From the NCBI GenBank assembly GCA_001771185.1, contig METB01000001.1, forward strand, positions 94,520 to 158,519: a stretch of 64,000 bases of DNA, given 5' to 3'. Shown here in pieces: positions 1 through 9,920 of the stretch. The stretch comes from a candidate division Kazan bacterium RIFCSPHIGHO2_01_FULL_44_14. Its GTDB lineage: Bacteria > Patescibacteriota > Kazan-3B-28. The first letter of the stretch is position 1, and the number at the start of each line of letters is the position of its first letter. Both the position numbers and the translations under genes were made by a program. The notes beneath the pieces are model-generated. The model made no database searches. It saw only the letters and a list, made by a program, of their open reading frames with translations, and was not told the origin of the DNA.

Positions 1-304
1 TTAAACTGCTGACATAACAATTTTTAAGAATTTCTGCCTCCCCACCTCTTTCCTGTCCAAAAACCGGGCCGACTGTATGGATGACATATTTGGCCAACAA
101 ATTGTGTCCAGCCGTTATCCGTGCTTCTCCTGTTGGACAATACCCCAGTTTTCTACATTCTTGCGTCAGCCCCAACCCTGCCACACGATGAATAGCTCCC
201 GACACTCCACCACCAGCGGTTAGACGATTGTTGGCGGAATTCACAATGACATCCGCATCCTGTGCGGTGATATCTCCTTTAATCAGGACTGGCTTATATT
301 TCAT
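1..304 (-). CDS. Macro-domain protein (O-acetyl-ADP-ribose deacetylase/YmdB-like), runs off the window
   Basis: Own translation: [43 protein letters not shown]...YVIHTVGP; classic macrodomain motifs; absent from the ORF track. Confidence 0.9.
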   Translation of the reverse strand, partial: MKYKPVLIKGDITAQDADVIVNSANNRLTAGGGVSGAIHRVAGLGLTQECRKLGYCPTGEARITAGHNLLAKYVIHTVGPVFGQERGGEAEILKNCYVSSL

Positions 305-338
305 AATTTGAGGACTACAAATGGATCTGAACGCATCT

Positions 339-355
339 GGGTCAATTATAGAACC
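339..355. repeat. Palindromic motif GGGTCAATTATAGAACC, related to the terminal palindrome of the 92-bp cassette repeat
   Basis: 15/17 match to GGGTTCATTATAGAACC in the 47922 repeat copy. Confidence 0.5.
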
Positions 356-403
356 TTATGAGAACCTGTCTATCGGCAGACGGGGAAGCCAAAACCGCTA
401 AAG

Positions 404-1165
404 CTATAAGCTATTGAGCTCTTTATACATTTTAGCCACCTCCTCTGCTATAGATTCATACTCATTTCTGCCCACGACTTCTCTAATCTGGTCAATGTAC
501 CGCGTAGTCAACCTAAGGTGAAACGTTAAACCCAAAAATAAACCCTGTTGCATATAAAGTCCGTTCATCATCTCTGATTCTTTCGGATCCAACATTCCCC
601 TCACCACCATAGGGTTTGGATGATTCAGCCTACTTCCCCAAATATAAGCCTGCCCTATACGAGAAAAATCGAAGTCATTCAAGCAATGCTTATCGTGTAG
701 AGCCTTGAGCATCATATCCGCACTTAGACCCGCCCAACTATGTCTACCGTCCTTCAAATAAGATGGCACTTTTTCATACGACTCTGCCAGAATAGCAGAT
801 GATACGTCCAAATTAAGTGCCTCCTCTTGGTCCTTACCGCCAATCGATTTCAAAAACTCACGATCTTGGGTTAATTGAACCCAAAGATAGTCTTGAAATT
901 CCTTGGCCTTTTTATCTCTACCCTTCATTAACATATATTCAACGGTAAGCGAATACTCGGTTAGCTTGCGAGCCAAGTCTAAAACGCTCGCCGCAGCCTC
1001 CGTATGAGTAGCAAGATAATTGATATCCCTTAGTGCGGAAAAGGACACCCGATATATCCCCAACAGAACAGTCAAAAAATCATCTTGCTCAGTTCTTGCC
1101 CCTTCCGCCAATGGCTGGGTCGCAACCAGTAGTCTAACAAGCAACGACTTGAACCTATTTATCAT
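404..1165 (-). CDS. DUF5677-like (HEPN-related) protein
   Basis: Helical protein with LARxLxE, W-A-G and YxxxSxxxH (YIWGSRLNH) motifs. Confidence 0.55.
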   Translation of the reverse strand: MINRFKSLLVRLLVATQPLAEGARTEQDDFLTVLLGIYRVSFSALRDINYLATHTEAAASVLDLARKLTEYSLTVEYMLMKGRDKKAKEFQDYLWVQLTQDREFLKSIGGKDQEEALNLDVSSAILAESYEKVPSYLKDGRHSWAGLSADMMLKALHDKHCLNDFDFSRIGQAYIWGSRLNHPNPMVVRGMLDPKESEMMNGLYMQQGLFLGLTFHLRLTTRYIDQIREVVGRNEYESIAEEVAKMYKELNSL

Positions 1166-1886
1166 TAGTCACGACCTCCGCCACATCTACAAATGGCTCA
1201 ATTCGAAGATGTTGGTAAAGCAAATCTCGTATATCCCCAAAAATCTGATCAAGTGCCCCATCAATCTGAACCTGATTACTGGCTGCTATGCCGATCCATC
1301 GCTTCTGGGCCAATTCAAAAGATTCTACTATTTTACGCTTAAAGTGATCCACTGCTTCGGGTCGCATCCGATCTTTAAATGGTGAACTATCTCCCGATAC
1401 AGTAGCAAACACGCTTGCATCCACAAGATCCGCATCTGCAAACCGCATTCCCGTATGGTGATGCGGAACTCTGCACTCGGCTATCCCATTAAATACCTTA
1501 TAGAGTTGTCCTTTAATATGTTTAAGAGCCACCACCCACTCTTTGCCATTATTGGCCCGTCGTACATCTTTGGTTAGTACATCAAGAAAAGTTTTAACCT
1601 TATCCTTCAAACTATCAACGTCCTCTAGATAAGCATGGAGATGATGTTCGAGTGCCTCTGCACTGCTGATTTGCCCCGACTGATCGGGATAAAACTCGGT
1701 AAAATAAACTTCGTACCTTTTAACTTTTTTCAGAGCTTGGCTCAGAATCATAAGAAGTCCCAAGTACCTCTCCAACTCTCCATCATCCACACCAGTCTTA
1801 TCGATCCTGGTTATATACTGCTTCATTAGACACTCGGGATGAGCATAGACCATAACATCTGCAACTACCTTGTCAAAATTATTCAT
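1155..1886 (-). CDS. HEPN-domain protein (Cthe_2314-like)
   Basis: Helical, RxxxxH motif (RVPHHH); overlaps the downstream gene by 11 nt. Confidence 0.5.
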   Translation of the reverse strand: MNNFDKVVADVMVYAHPECLMKQYITRIDKTGVDDGELERYLGLLMILSQALKKVKRYEVYFTEFYPDQSGQISSAEALEHHLHAYLEDVDSLKDKVKTFLDVLTKDVRRANNGKEWVVALKHIKGQLYKVFNGIAECRVPHHHTGMRFADADLVDASVFATVSGDSSPFKDRMRPEAVDHFKRKIVESFELAQKRWIGIAASNQVQIDGALDQIFGDIRDLLYQHLRIEPFVDVAEVVTNDK

Positions 1887-2010
1887 TTTAATCCTAAGAC
1901 ATATAAAATAGGTAAAACTTAGACCCAGACCAACTATACAGTGCTATCCCACCAGAGATCTGTCAATCACCTCCATAAAGGAGCTGCACAAAAATACAAA
2001 CTATCTATAT

Positions 2011-3180
2011 TCAACGATTTCCTTTTGCTCTATTATGCGTCTTACATAACATCTCACAGTTTTTGGCCGCCGTTTCGCCACCCTTACTCCATGCCGTTAC
2101 ATGATCTGCGTCCATTTCGTCTAACTTCCAAATCTTACTCTTGCTGGCATCATGTCCAATAGCACAATATGGACAGTTTGATTTACCTTGAGCTTCAGCC
2201 CTAGCAGTCTGTGTTGAATAAACAGCCTTCTTGGTCGCCTCATCAAAAACTCGAACATCGATCAATTTTGTGTCAATGGACCCACCGAGAATATACTCAA
2301 AAATGCCTTTGCGATTTTTGATGTACGGATCGCCATAGAGCTTATGCACCTCGGCTGATACTTTGGCTGGGTTGTATGATTTTTTGTGATACTCCTCGTA
2401 AAGTCGTCCCCATTCAAGCCCACGCATTTCGCTTTCTACGTCAGTAAATACGCTAGATACCCAATCAATGACGGTATTAAAATATTTTTTCAGCTCATCA
2501 ATATTTTTGTCTTTGCGATGCTTGCTCATGTAGTCGCCAATATTGCCTTTGCTTACCCAATCAAGAGCACATTCCAAAAATTCTTGCCTGTTGGCACTAC
2601 CTGATACATACGCACTCCATTTTTGAATATTGGCGTTTTGGCTATTACTGAATTCCTCTTTAGCTCTAGTTACGAACGGGCCGGAATACACGGCGTTGAG
2701 TAATTCCTGATTATTGAGCGGAACACCAGCAATATTGATTGTCTTAAACCATTCTTTTATCTGACTTTCTGTCCCTTCACACTCGTAAATGAGCAGTTTC
2801 GTTTCCAAAATTTTGACTTGCTTGTCTTTTGCCATACCGCCATAATATTGCTCCATGCCATTTTCGTCTTTGATGGCAAATTTGTCGGTGATAAATCGTC
2901 CGAGACTAGTGATGCGCTGTTGCCCGTCTAAGACTTCTAGGTTGTCGTCAGAAACTTTGTTGAAATAAATCAATCCTATCGGGTATCCTTTGAGAATTGA
3001 TTCAATAACGGCCATTTCTCTTTTGCCTCCGTCAGAAGCATAGATATAATTACGCTGATACTCTGGCTGAATCGTTAGTTTGCCGGATAAGCCAAACAAA
3101 CCCTTGCCTTCAAGTTCGTTATAGACGAACCCATCACAAATATCTTTGACTGTGGTGCTAGTCTTAAGTGTTGTTTTCAT
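2011..3180 (-). CDS. DUF262 + C-terminal HNH endonuclease
   Basis: QPEYQR, LDGQQR, FxxIN motifs; C-terminal CPYC...DADH...CKTHN. Confidence 0.9.
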   Translation of the reverse strand: MKTTLKTSTTVKDICDGFVYNELEGKGLFGLSGKLTIQPEYQRNYIYASDGGKREMAVIESILKGYPIGLIYFNKVSDDNLEVLDGQQRITSLGRFITDKFAIKDENGMEQYYGGMAKDKQVKILETKLLIYECEGTESQIKEWFKTINIAGVPLNNQELLNAVYSGPFVTRAKEEFSNSQNANIQKWSAYVSGSANRQEFLECALDWVSKGNIGDYMSKHRKDKNIDELKKYFNTVIDWVSSVFTDVESEMRGLEWGRLYEEYHKKSYNPAKVSAEVHKLYGDPYIKNRKGIFEYILGGSIDTKLIDVRVFDEATKKAVYSTQTARAEAQGKSNCPYCAIGHDASKSKIWKLDEMDADHVTAWSKGGETAAKNCEMLCKTHNRAKGNR

Positions 3181-3184
3181 ATTA

Positions 3185-4282
3185 TTATTTCTTACGTCTT
3201 ATAAAAACTCGCTTAAAAGTTTCCTTGCCACTAATATGTGATCCGCGACCGTAAATTCTATTTGGATCTTGATCTATGCCTCGATTCGATCCAAGCAATT
3301 CAAACTGATCTGGATTATATTTATCTAAAAAACTGACAGGAACACCCATCACACCATCATAATCGCTTGGAATGGCATCGGTAAACGGAATTTCAATGGC
3401 ATCGTAGTTATCGTACTTATCATAAGATTTTTTGCCTTTAATCTCTTTGTGCTTGCTGTATTTTAAGTTCTCCTCCATTGTCATAAGTGGCAATATTTGG
3501 TGACGACGCCCATGATCAAGATTGGTAAACCAACAACAGTTTCTGAATTTCACCAAGCCAGTTTCTGGGTCATACACCCCGCCCGCATATTCTCTAGTAA
3601 TAGGCGTAGAAAAATAAGCGTTGCCAGCATTAAAGCCATTTCCTAACCACATTTTATTTTCTTTTATCAATGGAAATATTTCCTTGTAAATAATCGCACT
3701 TAGGTTACCAATGATAACGAATTTTTTATGATACTCAAAAAGCTGCTTCACATATTCACGAAATAGACTGAACGGCGGATTAGTTACCACAATATCGGAT
3801 TGTTCTAGTAATTTTATGCACTCGGGACCTCTAAAATCGCCATCTTTCTCAAGCGGCGTCCATTCATTATTTCTGTTTGCCCTTAACTGTTTGGCAATAT
3901 CTTTCAAGTTGAACTCACCGTCGCCGTCTATGTCCTTCACTTCGTTGATAATAAATTTGTTGGCGGTTACCTTTGGGCGGCCTTTTGCTTTTACAAGCGT
4001 TTTGTCATCACCAAACAAGCCTAATTGCGTGTTAGCAACAGGCGACGGCTTATAACTAGTTGTAATGAGCCGTTTTAATCCAAGCTTATTAAAATTGAGC
4101 ACAAAATAACGAAAAAAATTGCTCTCAAACGGATCATCGCAATTACAATACACCACCTGATCTCGAAACACATTGGGATTATATTCCAGATACGCCGAAA
4201 TCTCTTTTTGGATATCGCTATATTGGGTATAAAACTCATCGTTCTTTACCCTTTTTGCATTCGTAAGATTACTGTTTGCCAT
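3185..4282 (-). CDS. Adenine-specific DNA methyltransferase, EcoRI family
   Basis: [29 protein letters not shown] motifs. Confidence 0.9.
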   Translation of the reverse strand: MANSNLTNAKRVKNDEFYTQYSDIQKEISAYLEYNPNVFRDQVVYCNCDDPFESNFFRYFVLNFNKLGLKRLITTSYKPSPVANTQLGLFGDDKTLVKAKGRPKVTANKFIINEVKDIDGDGEFNLKDIAKQLRANRNNEWTPLEKDGDFRGPECIKLLEQSDIVVTNPPFSLFREYVKQLFEYHKKFVIIGNLSAIIYKEIFPLIKENKMWLGNGFNAGNAYFSTPITREYAGGVYDPETGLVKFRNCCWFTNLDHGRRHQILPLMTMEENLKYSKHKEIKGKKSYDKYDNYDAIEIPFTDAIPSDYDGVMGVPVSFLDKYNPDQFELLGSNRGIDQDPNRIYGRGSHISGKETFKRVFIRRKK

Positions 4283-4438
4283 AGTACATCCCGATAGTAC
4301 TCCAATATAAAATCCTCTTCTAAAGCCAGTTTTTGACTCCTTTAGTATAACTCAAAATAAGGCTTATTGGGACTGGACTTCGAGCCCCCTTCGGGCATCC
4401 TTACTCTGGTATAGACCGATAGACAAATGGAGGTGAAT

Positions 4439-5776
4439 ATGGCGCAAAACGAAGCGGTTTTAGAGACCCCAGAGGGGACCAGAGAAGCTCCCCAAGCAGA
4501 AGTTGGGAGATACTGCCTCTATGCCCGAAAGTCATCCGAATCGGACGAAAGACAGGCCTTATCCATCGACTCCCAAATCAAAGAGATGATGGCTATCGCC
4601 GAACGGGATGGTATTGAGGTGGTCGAGACAATCAGAGAGAGCCATTCAGCTAAGGATTCCGGCCAAAGACCGGAGTTTATGGAGCTTTTAAGGCGAATCA
4701 GAGAACAAGAGTTCAATGGAATTCTCACTTGGGCTCCCGACAGACTTTCGAGAAATGCAGGGGATTTGGGAGATCTGGTGGATATGATGGACCAAGGATT
4801 GCTGAAACACATCAAGACACCTAGCCAGATATTTAGGAATTCCCCCAATGAGAAATTCCTTTTAATGATTCTGTGCAGTCAGGCAAAGTTGGAAAATGAT
4901 AATCGAGGCATCAATGTAAAACGCGGAATGAAAAATAAATGCGACATGGGTTGGATGCCGTGTCTCCCTCCGCTTGGTTATCTGAACGATAAAGCAAATC
5001 ACACAATCATTGTCGATGCAGAACGAGCTCCGTTTATTAAAGAAGCATTTAATAAAGTCGCCGAGGAAGGCTATACCGGCAGAGCGTTATGGAGTTGGTT
5101 TAATAAAGAAACAGAATTTACAACCAGAGCGGGAAAGAAGATGGCTCTAAGTATGGTTCACAATATGCTGAGAAATCATTTTTACTACGGCCAGTTTATG
5201 CACGGCGGAGTAATGCACCAAGGTAAACATGAACCGCTGATTACAAAAGAGCTGTTTGATAAAGTCAGAGAAGCCATGCAAAAAGGCCCTCGGGGCAGAT
5301 ATGGCGAAAAAATGTTCGCCTTCACTCGAATGATAACCTGCGGAAGATGCGAACTTGGAATAACAGCTGAAGAAAAAGTTAAAAAGCTAAAAAATGGAGA
5401 AGGCCGACGACATGTCTACTACCATTGCAGCGGGTTTGGCAAATATCGATGTAAAGAGGGCTGGATGCGAGAAGCCGACCTTATTGAGCAATTTGTTGAG
5501 CTAATAGATGGAATGGATATCAACCGAATTGGAATGAGAGAGAAACTCCAAGAAGAAATTGAACGATACAATCGCTTCACCACCGGAGTACTCGGTATGA
5601 ATCCCGACACTTCCCCAATTCCCAGAGTAGACCTTAAAATGTACGCGAAATATATCTTGAGAGATGGTAGTCCAGAAGAAAAGCGAGAAATATTAAAGAA
5701 CATCAAAAACAAGGTGGTGCTGCACGATGGAAAACTATCGCTACAAAACACTCCGGAGTTAATTGAGCCCATCTAA
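4439..5776 (+). CDS. Large serine recombinase (resolvase + recombinase + Zn-ribbon)
   Basis: YARKS catalytic Ser, DRLSRN, PPLGY, HEPLI, CGRC...C...C; GGAGGTG RBS before ATG 4439. Confidence 0.92.
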   Translation: MAQNEAVLETPEGTREAPQAEVGRYCLYARKSSESDERQALSIDSQIKEMMAIAERDGIEVVETIRESHSAKDSGQRPEFMELLRRIREQEFNGILTWAPDRLSRNAGDLGDLVDMMDQGLLKHIKTPSQIFRNSPNEKFLLMILCSQAKLENDNRGINVKRGMKNKCDMGWMPCLPPLGYLNDKANHTIIVDAERAPFIKEAFNKVAEEGYTGRALWSWFNKETEFTTRAGKKMALSMVHNMLRNHFYYGQFMHGGVMHQGKHEPLITKELFDKVREAMQKGPRGRYGEKMFAFTRMITCGRCELGITAEEKVKKLKNGEGRRHVYYHCSGFGKYRCKEGWMREADLIEQFVELIDGMDINRIGMREKLQEEIERYNRFTTGVLGMNPDTSPIPRVDLKMYAKYILRDGSPEEKREILKNIKNKVVLHDGKLSLQNTPELIEPI

Positions 5777-5892
5777 CCCAACCATTGCGAAAAAGTTTAT
5801 AGTCTATGAGAAAAGTGGTTCATGCGCACCAGGAACGGTAATCTAGCTAGAGTAGGCTTACAACTCCCAACGGTATGATTTTGTACGGATAG

Positions 5893-7404
5893 TTATGCCT
5901 CGTTCTCTGGGGATAGTGAAACAAAGAGTTCGTAAAGTTTCTGAAATTTCTCACCAAATATTCGCCCAATCCTATTCCTTCTTATGGCATCCTGCAAATA
6001 CGACTCAGCATATGCTAATTCGGATTTTCGTCCAATGAGTTTCTTGAGTAGTGGCTTGCCAGAAGTTAATTTTAATATAGCAGTGTCGATTTTTGTCTTA
6101 GCCACATTTGACATAGTTTTCCAGACTGGGTCTTGAGACGATGCCATCTTGGATTTAATAGTTGACTGTACATTACTTTTGGTTACCCCCAGTACAGCAG
6201 ATACGATATCTAAATCGTACATAAGACACCCCTCCATGTCATACTGAGCCAACTTAATGAAGTGATTATCTCCTGGAAATTTGTCTGGCTGGTTATCACC
6301 ATCAGTCAAAAAAGAAACATTCGTAATAACAGAGGGTATGGAATTGCTAGCAAATAATTTATAGGCACTTTCTACTCCACCTTTTGCATTGTGTACCTCA
6401 ATCACATCAACAAGCTTTTGTGCACCCGAAATTTTTGCCAATGTCTCGATAACTATTTTATGGATATGGTCTTCTACAAAAACCACATGATTCCCCGATG
6501 GGTCATTAACTATCTTGAATACTCGCGTCCTGAGAGCATCTATTGTTTCTGATGTGGGGTTGCTAGATATTGCAAAGTGTTTAGCCTTACGGTTAATTTC
6601 CAGGAACTTAGAAATATTTTTATAGCCCTCTTCAAACACAATCATTGAATGAGTTGCTACCACAATTTGCTTATCGTATTCTTTGGCGAACCAATTTAAA
6701 TAGTCAAAAAAATACTTCTCGAACGACCAATTCAGATGTATCTCAGGTTCGTCTATAAGAAAAACATCATATTCATCACGTGCTTCATAAAGTTGGAATG
6801 CTAGAGATATGGATTCAGTCTCGCCTACACTCAATTGGTCTGTTGTAACTTTAAGAAAGCCAAACTTTTTTATGACAAAATCAGGAACATCCGCCTCCTC
6901 AAGTTTTAGGTCAACTATCTGATATTCGCTATATAATCGTCTCAGAATATTATTAAACTCTCTTACGGTACGCTTAAGAATGGTTATTTGGTCAACGCCT
7001 TCAGGTGTCACATTGCGCGCTTCGTGATAATGATACAAAACGATATCCGAAAATGGCGGATAGGTTTGATGGGATAGCTCTTCTAGTTTGCGATTATAGG
7101 CATTTTTTAAGTCATCCTTAATCTTACGTTGACTAGAAAATATCTCTTGTACACTTTGCTTAAATTTCCTTATTTCGATGCTTCGACTTGGGCTGTAAAC
7201 GGCAACCCTAAGGCCGGCCTGTCTAGATTGTTGCTCAATCTCAGATAAGAGTTTGCTTTTCCCGGAACCATTAATACCAGAGATAAGATTCAAGTGGGGA
7301 TTAAGATCGACGATTAGCCCATGCAAAAAATCTAACCCCTCGAGGTCTTTATAACCACTTGTAGTAGCACTTGCTAAAAATTTTACCAATCCGTCTTCAT
7401 TCAT
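5893..7404 (-). CDS. ABC-type ATPase fused to TOPRIM-like domain (OLD-like nuclease)
   Basis: Walker A GINGSGKS, LSVGE, FLIDEPE, ATHS; C-terminal VFVED...DGD. Confidence 0.75.
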   Translation of the reverse strand: MNEDGLVKFLASATTSGYKDLEGLDFLHGLIVDLNPHLNLISGINGSGKSKLLSEIEQQSRQAGLRVAVYSPSRSIEIRKFKQSVQEIFSSQRKIKDDLKNAYNRKLEELSHQTYPPFSDIVLYHYHEARNVTPEGVDQITILKRTVREFNNILRRLYSEYQIVDLKLEEADVPDFVIKKFGFLKVTTDQLSVGETESISLAFQLYEARDEYDVFLIDEPEIHLNWSFEKYFFDYLNWFAKEYDKQIVVATHSMIVFEEGYKNISKFLEINRKAKHFAISSNPTSETIDALRTRVFKIVNDPSGNHVVFVEDHIHKIVIETLAKISGAQKLVDVIEVHNAKGGVESAYKLFASNSIPSVITNVSFLTDGDNQPDKFPGDNHFIKLAQYDMEGCLMYDLDIVSAVLGVTKSNVQSTIKSKMASSQDPVWKTMSNVAKTKIDTAILKLTSGKPLLKKLIGRKSELAYAESYLQDAIRRNRIGRIFGEKFQKLYELFVSLSPENEA

Positions 7405-7561
7405 TGTTTTATCAATTTGTCACAGCATTAGAATCAATCGACCGGACGCCACCATTCTAACACCAAAAAAGCCCCTTTGAAGGGTCTTCCTTGGAATATA
7501 TTTCTCACGCTTTTTTTATCGAGCTTACTAGGCAAGACGGTCACTTTGCCATTGTAGCTCT

Positions 7562-7635
7562 TGGCTGGGACGGAAGGACTCGAACCTTCGATCATGGGAC
7601 CAGAACCCATTGCCTTACCACTTGGCTACGTCCCA
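7562..7635 (-). tRNA. tRNA-Gln(CTG)
   Basis: Cloverleaf TGGGACG...ATGGG-TTCTGGT-CCCAT...GGTTCGAGTCC...CAGCCA. Confidence 0.95.
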
Positions 7636-7671
7636 CTAATAAGGCGTGAAAAAATAGTTTATCAATAAATT

Positions 7672-7810
7672 TGGTACGGAACCCGCCTACGCTCTACGAG
7701 CTTCGGAACGGGCAGGCAGGCGCCATCCGTTGTCTTATTTACCCCCGTAGCGAACTTCGCTCTGTTTCGGGGCCACTTGTCTGCCTGCCGATAGGCAGGG
7801 CTACACCCCA
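7672..7810 (-). pseudogene. tRNA-Gln-like remnant interrupted by palindromic insertions
   Basis: Removing 20-nt and 31-nt inserts gives TGGGGTGTAGCCAAGTGGTAA (19/21 to the 5' end of the adjacent tRNA-Gln); ends in ACCA; no intact anticodon or T arm. Confidence 0.55.
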
Positions 7811-7984
7811 TCACAATGAGTATTGAGTATAGAGAATTGGGTTATGAGTGTGAAGAGGGGTATCTGGAATTAGTGCAACCCCTCGGTCCTGCTGGACAGC
7901 AGGACTCGGGGAAACAAGGTTTATGTTTTAGTTTCTAGCTAGTCCAATTATCAGACATCTACCATGTCCGAAAGTATAAACCGA

Positions 7985-8299
7985 TTAGTATAGATATATC
8001 AAGACAATGGCAAAGACAGCCAACCAAATCAGAGTCCAGCCCACTAACCACAAGGCCTTGGACCAGTTTTTGTTTAGGGCCAGAAAAATTGGATAACCAA
8101 GCACCGCTCCGGCAGATAATACGGCAGTGATGACAAAAGTTACTGGCATTAAGACAAACCCAGTGGCGTTGGGTTTATCAGCAGTATTAACAAACTTATC
8201 TAGGTTAGTCATAAACCAGGTCCAACCCCAAAGTACGACACCGGCACTAATGGCTTGCCCTAAACCCAAGACCCAAATGGCAGTAGCAGATTTTTTCAT
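7985..8299 (-). CDS. Small membrane protein (3 TM)
   Basis: Three hydrophobic segments. Confidence 0.75.
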   Translation of the reverse strand: MKKSATAIWVLGLGQAISAGVVLWGWTWFMTNLDKFVNTADKPNATGFVLMPVTFVITAVLSAGAVLGYPIFLALNKNWSKALWLVGWTLIWLAVFAIVLIYLY

Positions 8300-8321
8300 G
8301 TGGCAGATGTGTTAACAATAT

Positions 8322-8595
8322 GTTATCCCTGCCTGCCGGCAGGCTCGAGCCGAAAGCATGTCCTCGCGAAGGCGGGGACGAAGTGCTTAGACACCGGGAA
8401 TCCAGAAAAGAAAAAATAAAGAATGTTTTTGTTTCTGTCTGGATCCCCGCCTTCCTGCCCGAATCGCTACGCCCGCCAGAAATGTTGTATCTACTACGGG
8501 CTGGCGAATCGTTGCGGGCGGGCGCGGGGATGACGGATGAAGAATTTAGTGAAACGCGGCCTTTGGCCTAGATTCTTCGCTTCGCTCAGAATGAC
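8322..8595. repeat. Cluster of REP-like palindromes (GTCAT/ATGAC family with nested CCTGCCTGCCGGCAGG)
   Basis: GGGAATCCAGA...CTGGATCCCCGCC...GCGGGGATGAC; AGATTCTTCGCTTCGCTCAGAATGAC. Confidence 0.75.
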
Positions 8596-8610
8596 AGGTA
8601 AGGGAAAGAG

Positions 8611-9744
8611 CTATTTGAACAAGGAGGTGTAAATTTCTTCAGTATGGTCAATCATTCTGTCGGCTGAAAACTTAGACAAAGTGTTGGCTCCATTTTTGGC
8701 TAATTTGGTTTGGAGTTTTCGGTCATTCAACAGTTTCATTAGCACACCAGCTAACTTTTTCGAGTCCTTTGGTTCCACCAGAAGCCCATTATGATTTTGA
8801 GTGATAATTTCCGGAATTCCGCCAACTCTAGTTGCCACAACTGGGATTTCGGCCTTCATTGCCTCCAAAATCGTAATTCCAAAGGCCTCCGACAACGAGG
8901 GCAGAACAAAGATACGGAAGGTTTTCAGAGCCGGAAGAACATTTCCCATCGACCCAGTAAACACTACTCTATCCTCTAGTCCCGAACTTTTGATTAACTT
9001 TTCTAATTTGAATTTCAATGGGCCCTTACCGACCAGAACCAATTTTACTTTCGGCCATTTTTTCACCATCCGCGCCACCGCCTTAACTAAAGTTGCAGTA
9101 TCTTTGGCGGTGTTGAACGAACCGACTGTGCCAATCACAATGTCATCTGATGTAATGTTAAACTTGTCTTTAAAAGCCTGGATTTCGTCTTGGGTAATCT
9201 TGCGGGCTAGTGGCGTAATCCCGTTATAAATCGTGACGATTTTTTCGGGTTTACTAATTTTTGAATCAATCAGGAATTTGCGAACCGCGTTGCTGACGGC
9301 AATCACTTTGTCGGTTCCACCATCCAACATCCGCATCACACGCAGATGCGTCCAATGTAGAAGTGGATTGGCCAACTTGAACTCGTGAGTATAGGTATGT
9401 TCGGTATGTACTCGTTTAAACGGCATTCCCTTAGAAGCCATCCGACCAATCAAACCCGCCCGCTGCCCATGAGTATGAATGATATCGGGGTCATATTTTT
9501 TCAACAGTTTCGTAACCGCGCTAATTGCTGCCATATCAGCTCGACCCCGCATTGGCACTTGAAAAAACGGGATTTTACGCTTTTTTAACTGTTCGATCAA
9601 CGACCCAGGCGGAGCGATGACTGTAACATTGAATCGATGACTATTAATTCCCGACAGCAATGTTAAAAGATGTCTGGGCGCACCAGTTAAAGAACTATCG
9701 GCAATAATTTCAAAAATACTGATTTTTCCCAGTTTACGCATCAT
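8611..9744 (-). CDS. Glycosyltransferase family 4
   Basis: IIHTH, IYNG, EAFGITILEAM. Confidence 0.92.
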   Translation of the reverse strand: MMRKLGKISIFEIIADSSLTGAPRHLLTLLSGINSHRFNVTVIAPPGSLIEQLKKRKIPFFQVPMRGRADMAAISAVTKLLKKYDPDIIHTHGQRAGLIGRMASKGMPFKRVHTEHTYTHEFKLANPLLHWTHLRVMRMLDGGTDKVIAVSNAVRKFLIDSKISKPEKIVTIYNGITPLARKITQDEIQAFKDKFNITSDDIVIGTVGSFNTAKDTATLVKAVARMVKKWPKVKLVLVGKGPLKFKLEKLIKSSGLEDRVVFTGSMGNVLPALKTFRIFVLPSLSEAFGITILEAMKAEIPVVATRVGGIPEIITQNHNGLLVEPKDSKKLAGVLMKLLNDRKLQTKLAKNGANTLSKFSADRMIDHTEEIYTSLFK

Positions 9745-9797
9745 GAATGGAATAGTGAAAAGTTATAAGTGATAAGTGAAAAGTTGTGGTTACCCGA

Positions 9798-9905
9798 CAA
9801 GTAATTTTTAATGATGAATTTTGAATTTTGAACCAATGAGATAATGTTTTAATTTTCAAACATTCAGTCATTGGGATTTGATTAGAAATTAGAAATTAAA
9901 AATTG
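9798..9905 (+). repeat. AT-rich ~110-bp dispersed repeat (copy 1)
   Basis: CAAGTAATTTT..ATGATGAATTTTGAATTTTGA...AAACATTCAGTCATTGG..TTTGATTAGAAATTAGAAATT; also at 15687 and inverted at 35880. Confidence 0.85.
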
Positions 9906-9920
9906 ACTATCCCCTGACCG

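Noticed and set aside
1112-2371. TGGCTGGG matches to the tRNA-Gln 3' end at ~1112 and ~2364
   Set aside because: Both lie inside intact CDSs with no shared arm; probably chance.
8320-8571. 83-aa ORF on +
   Set aside because: Translation of palindromic repeats (LPAGR, WIPAF, AGMT).
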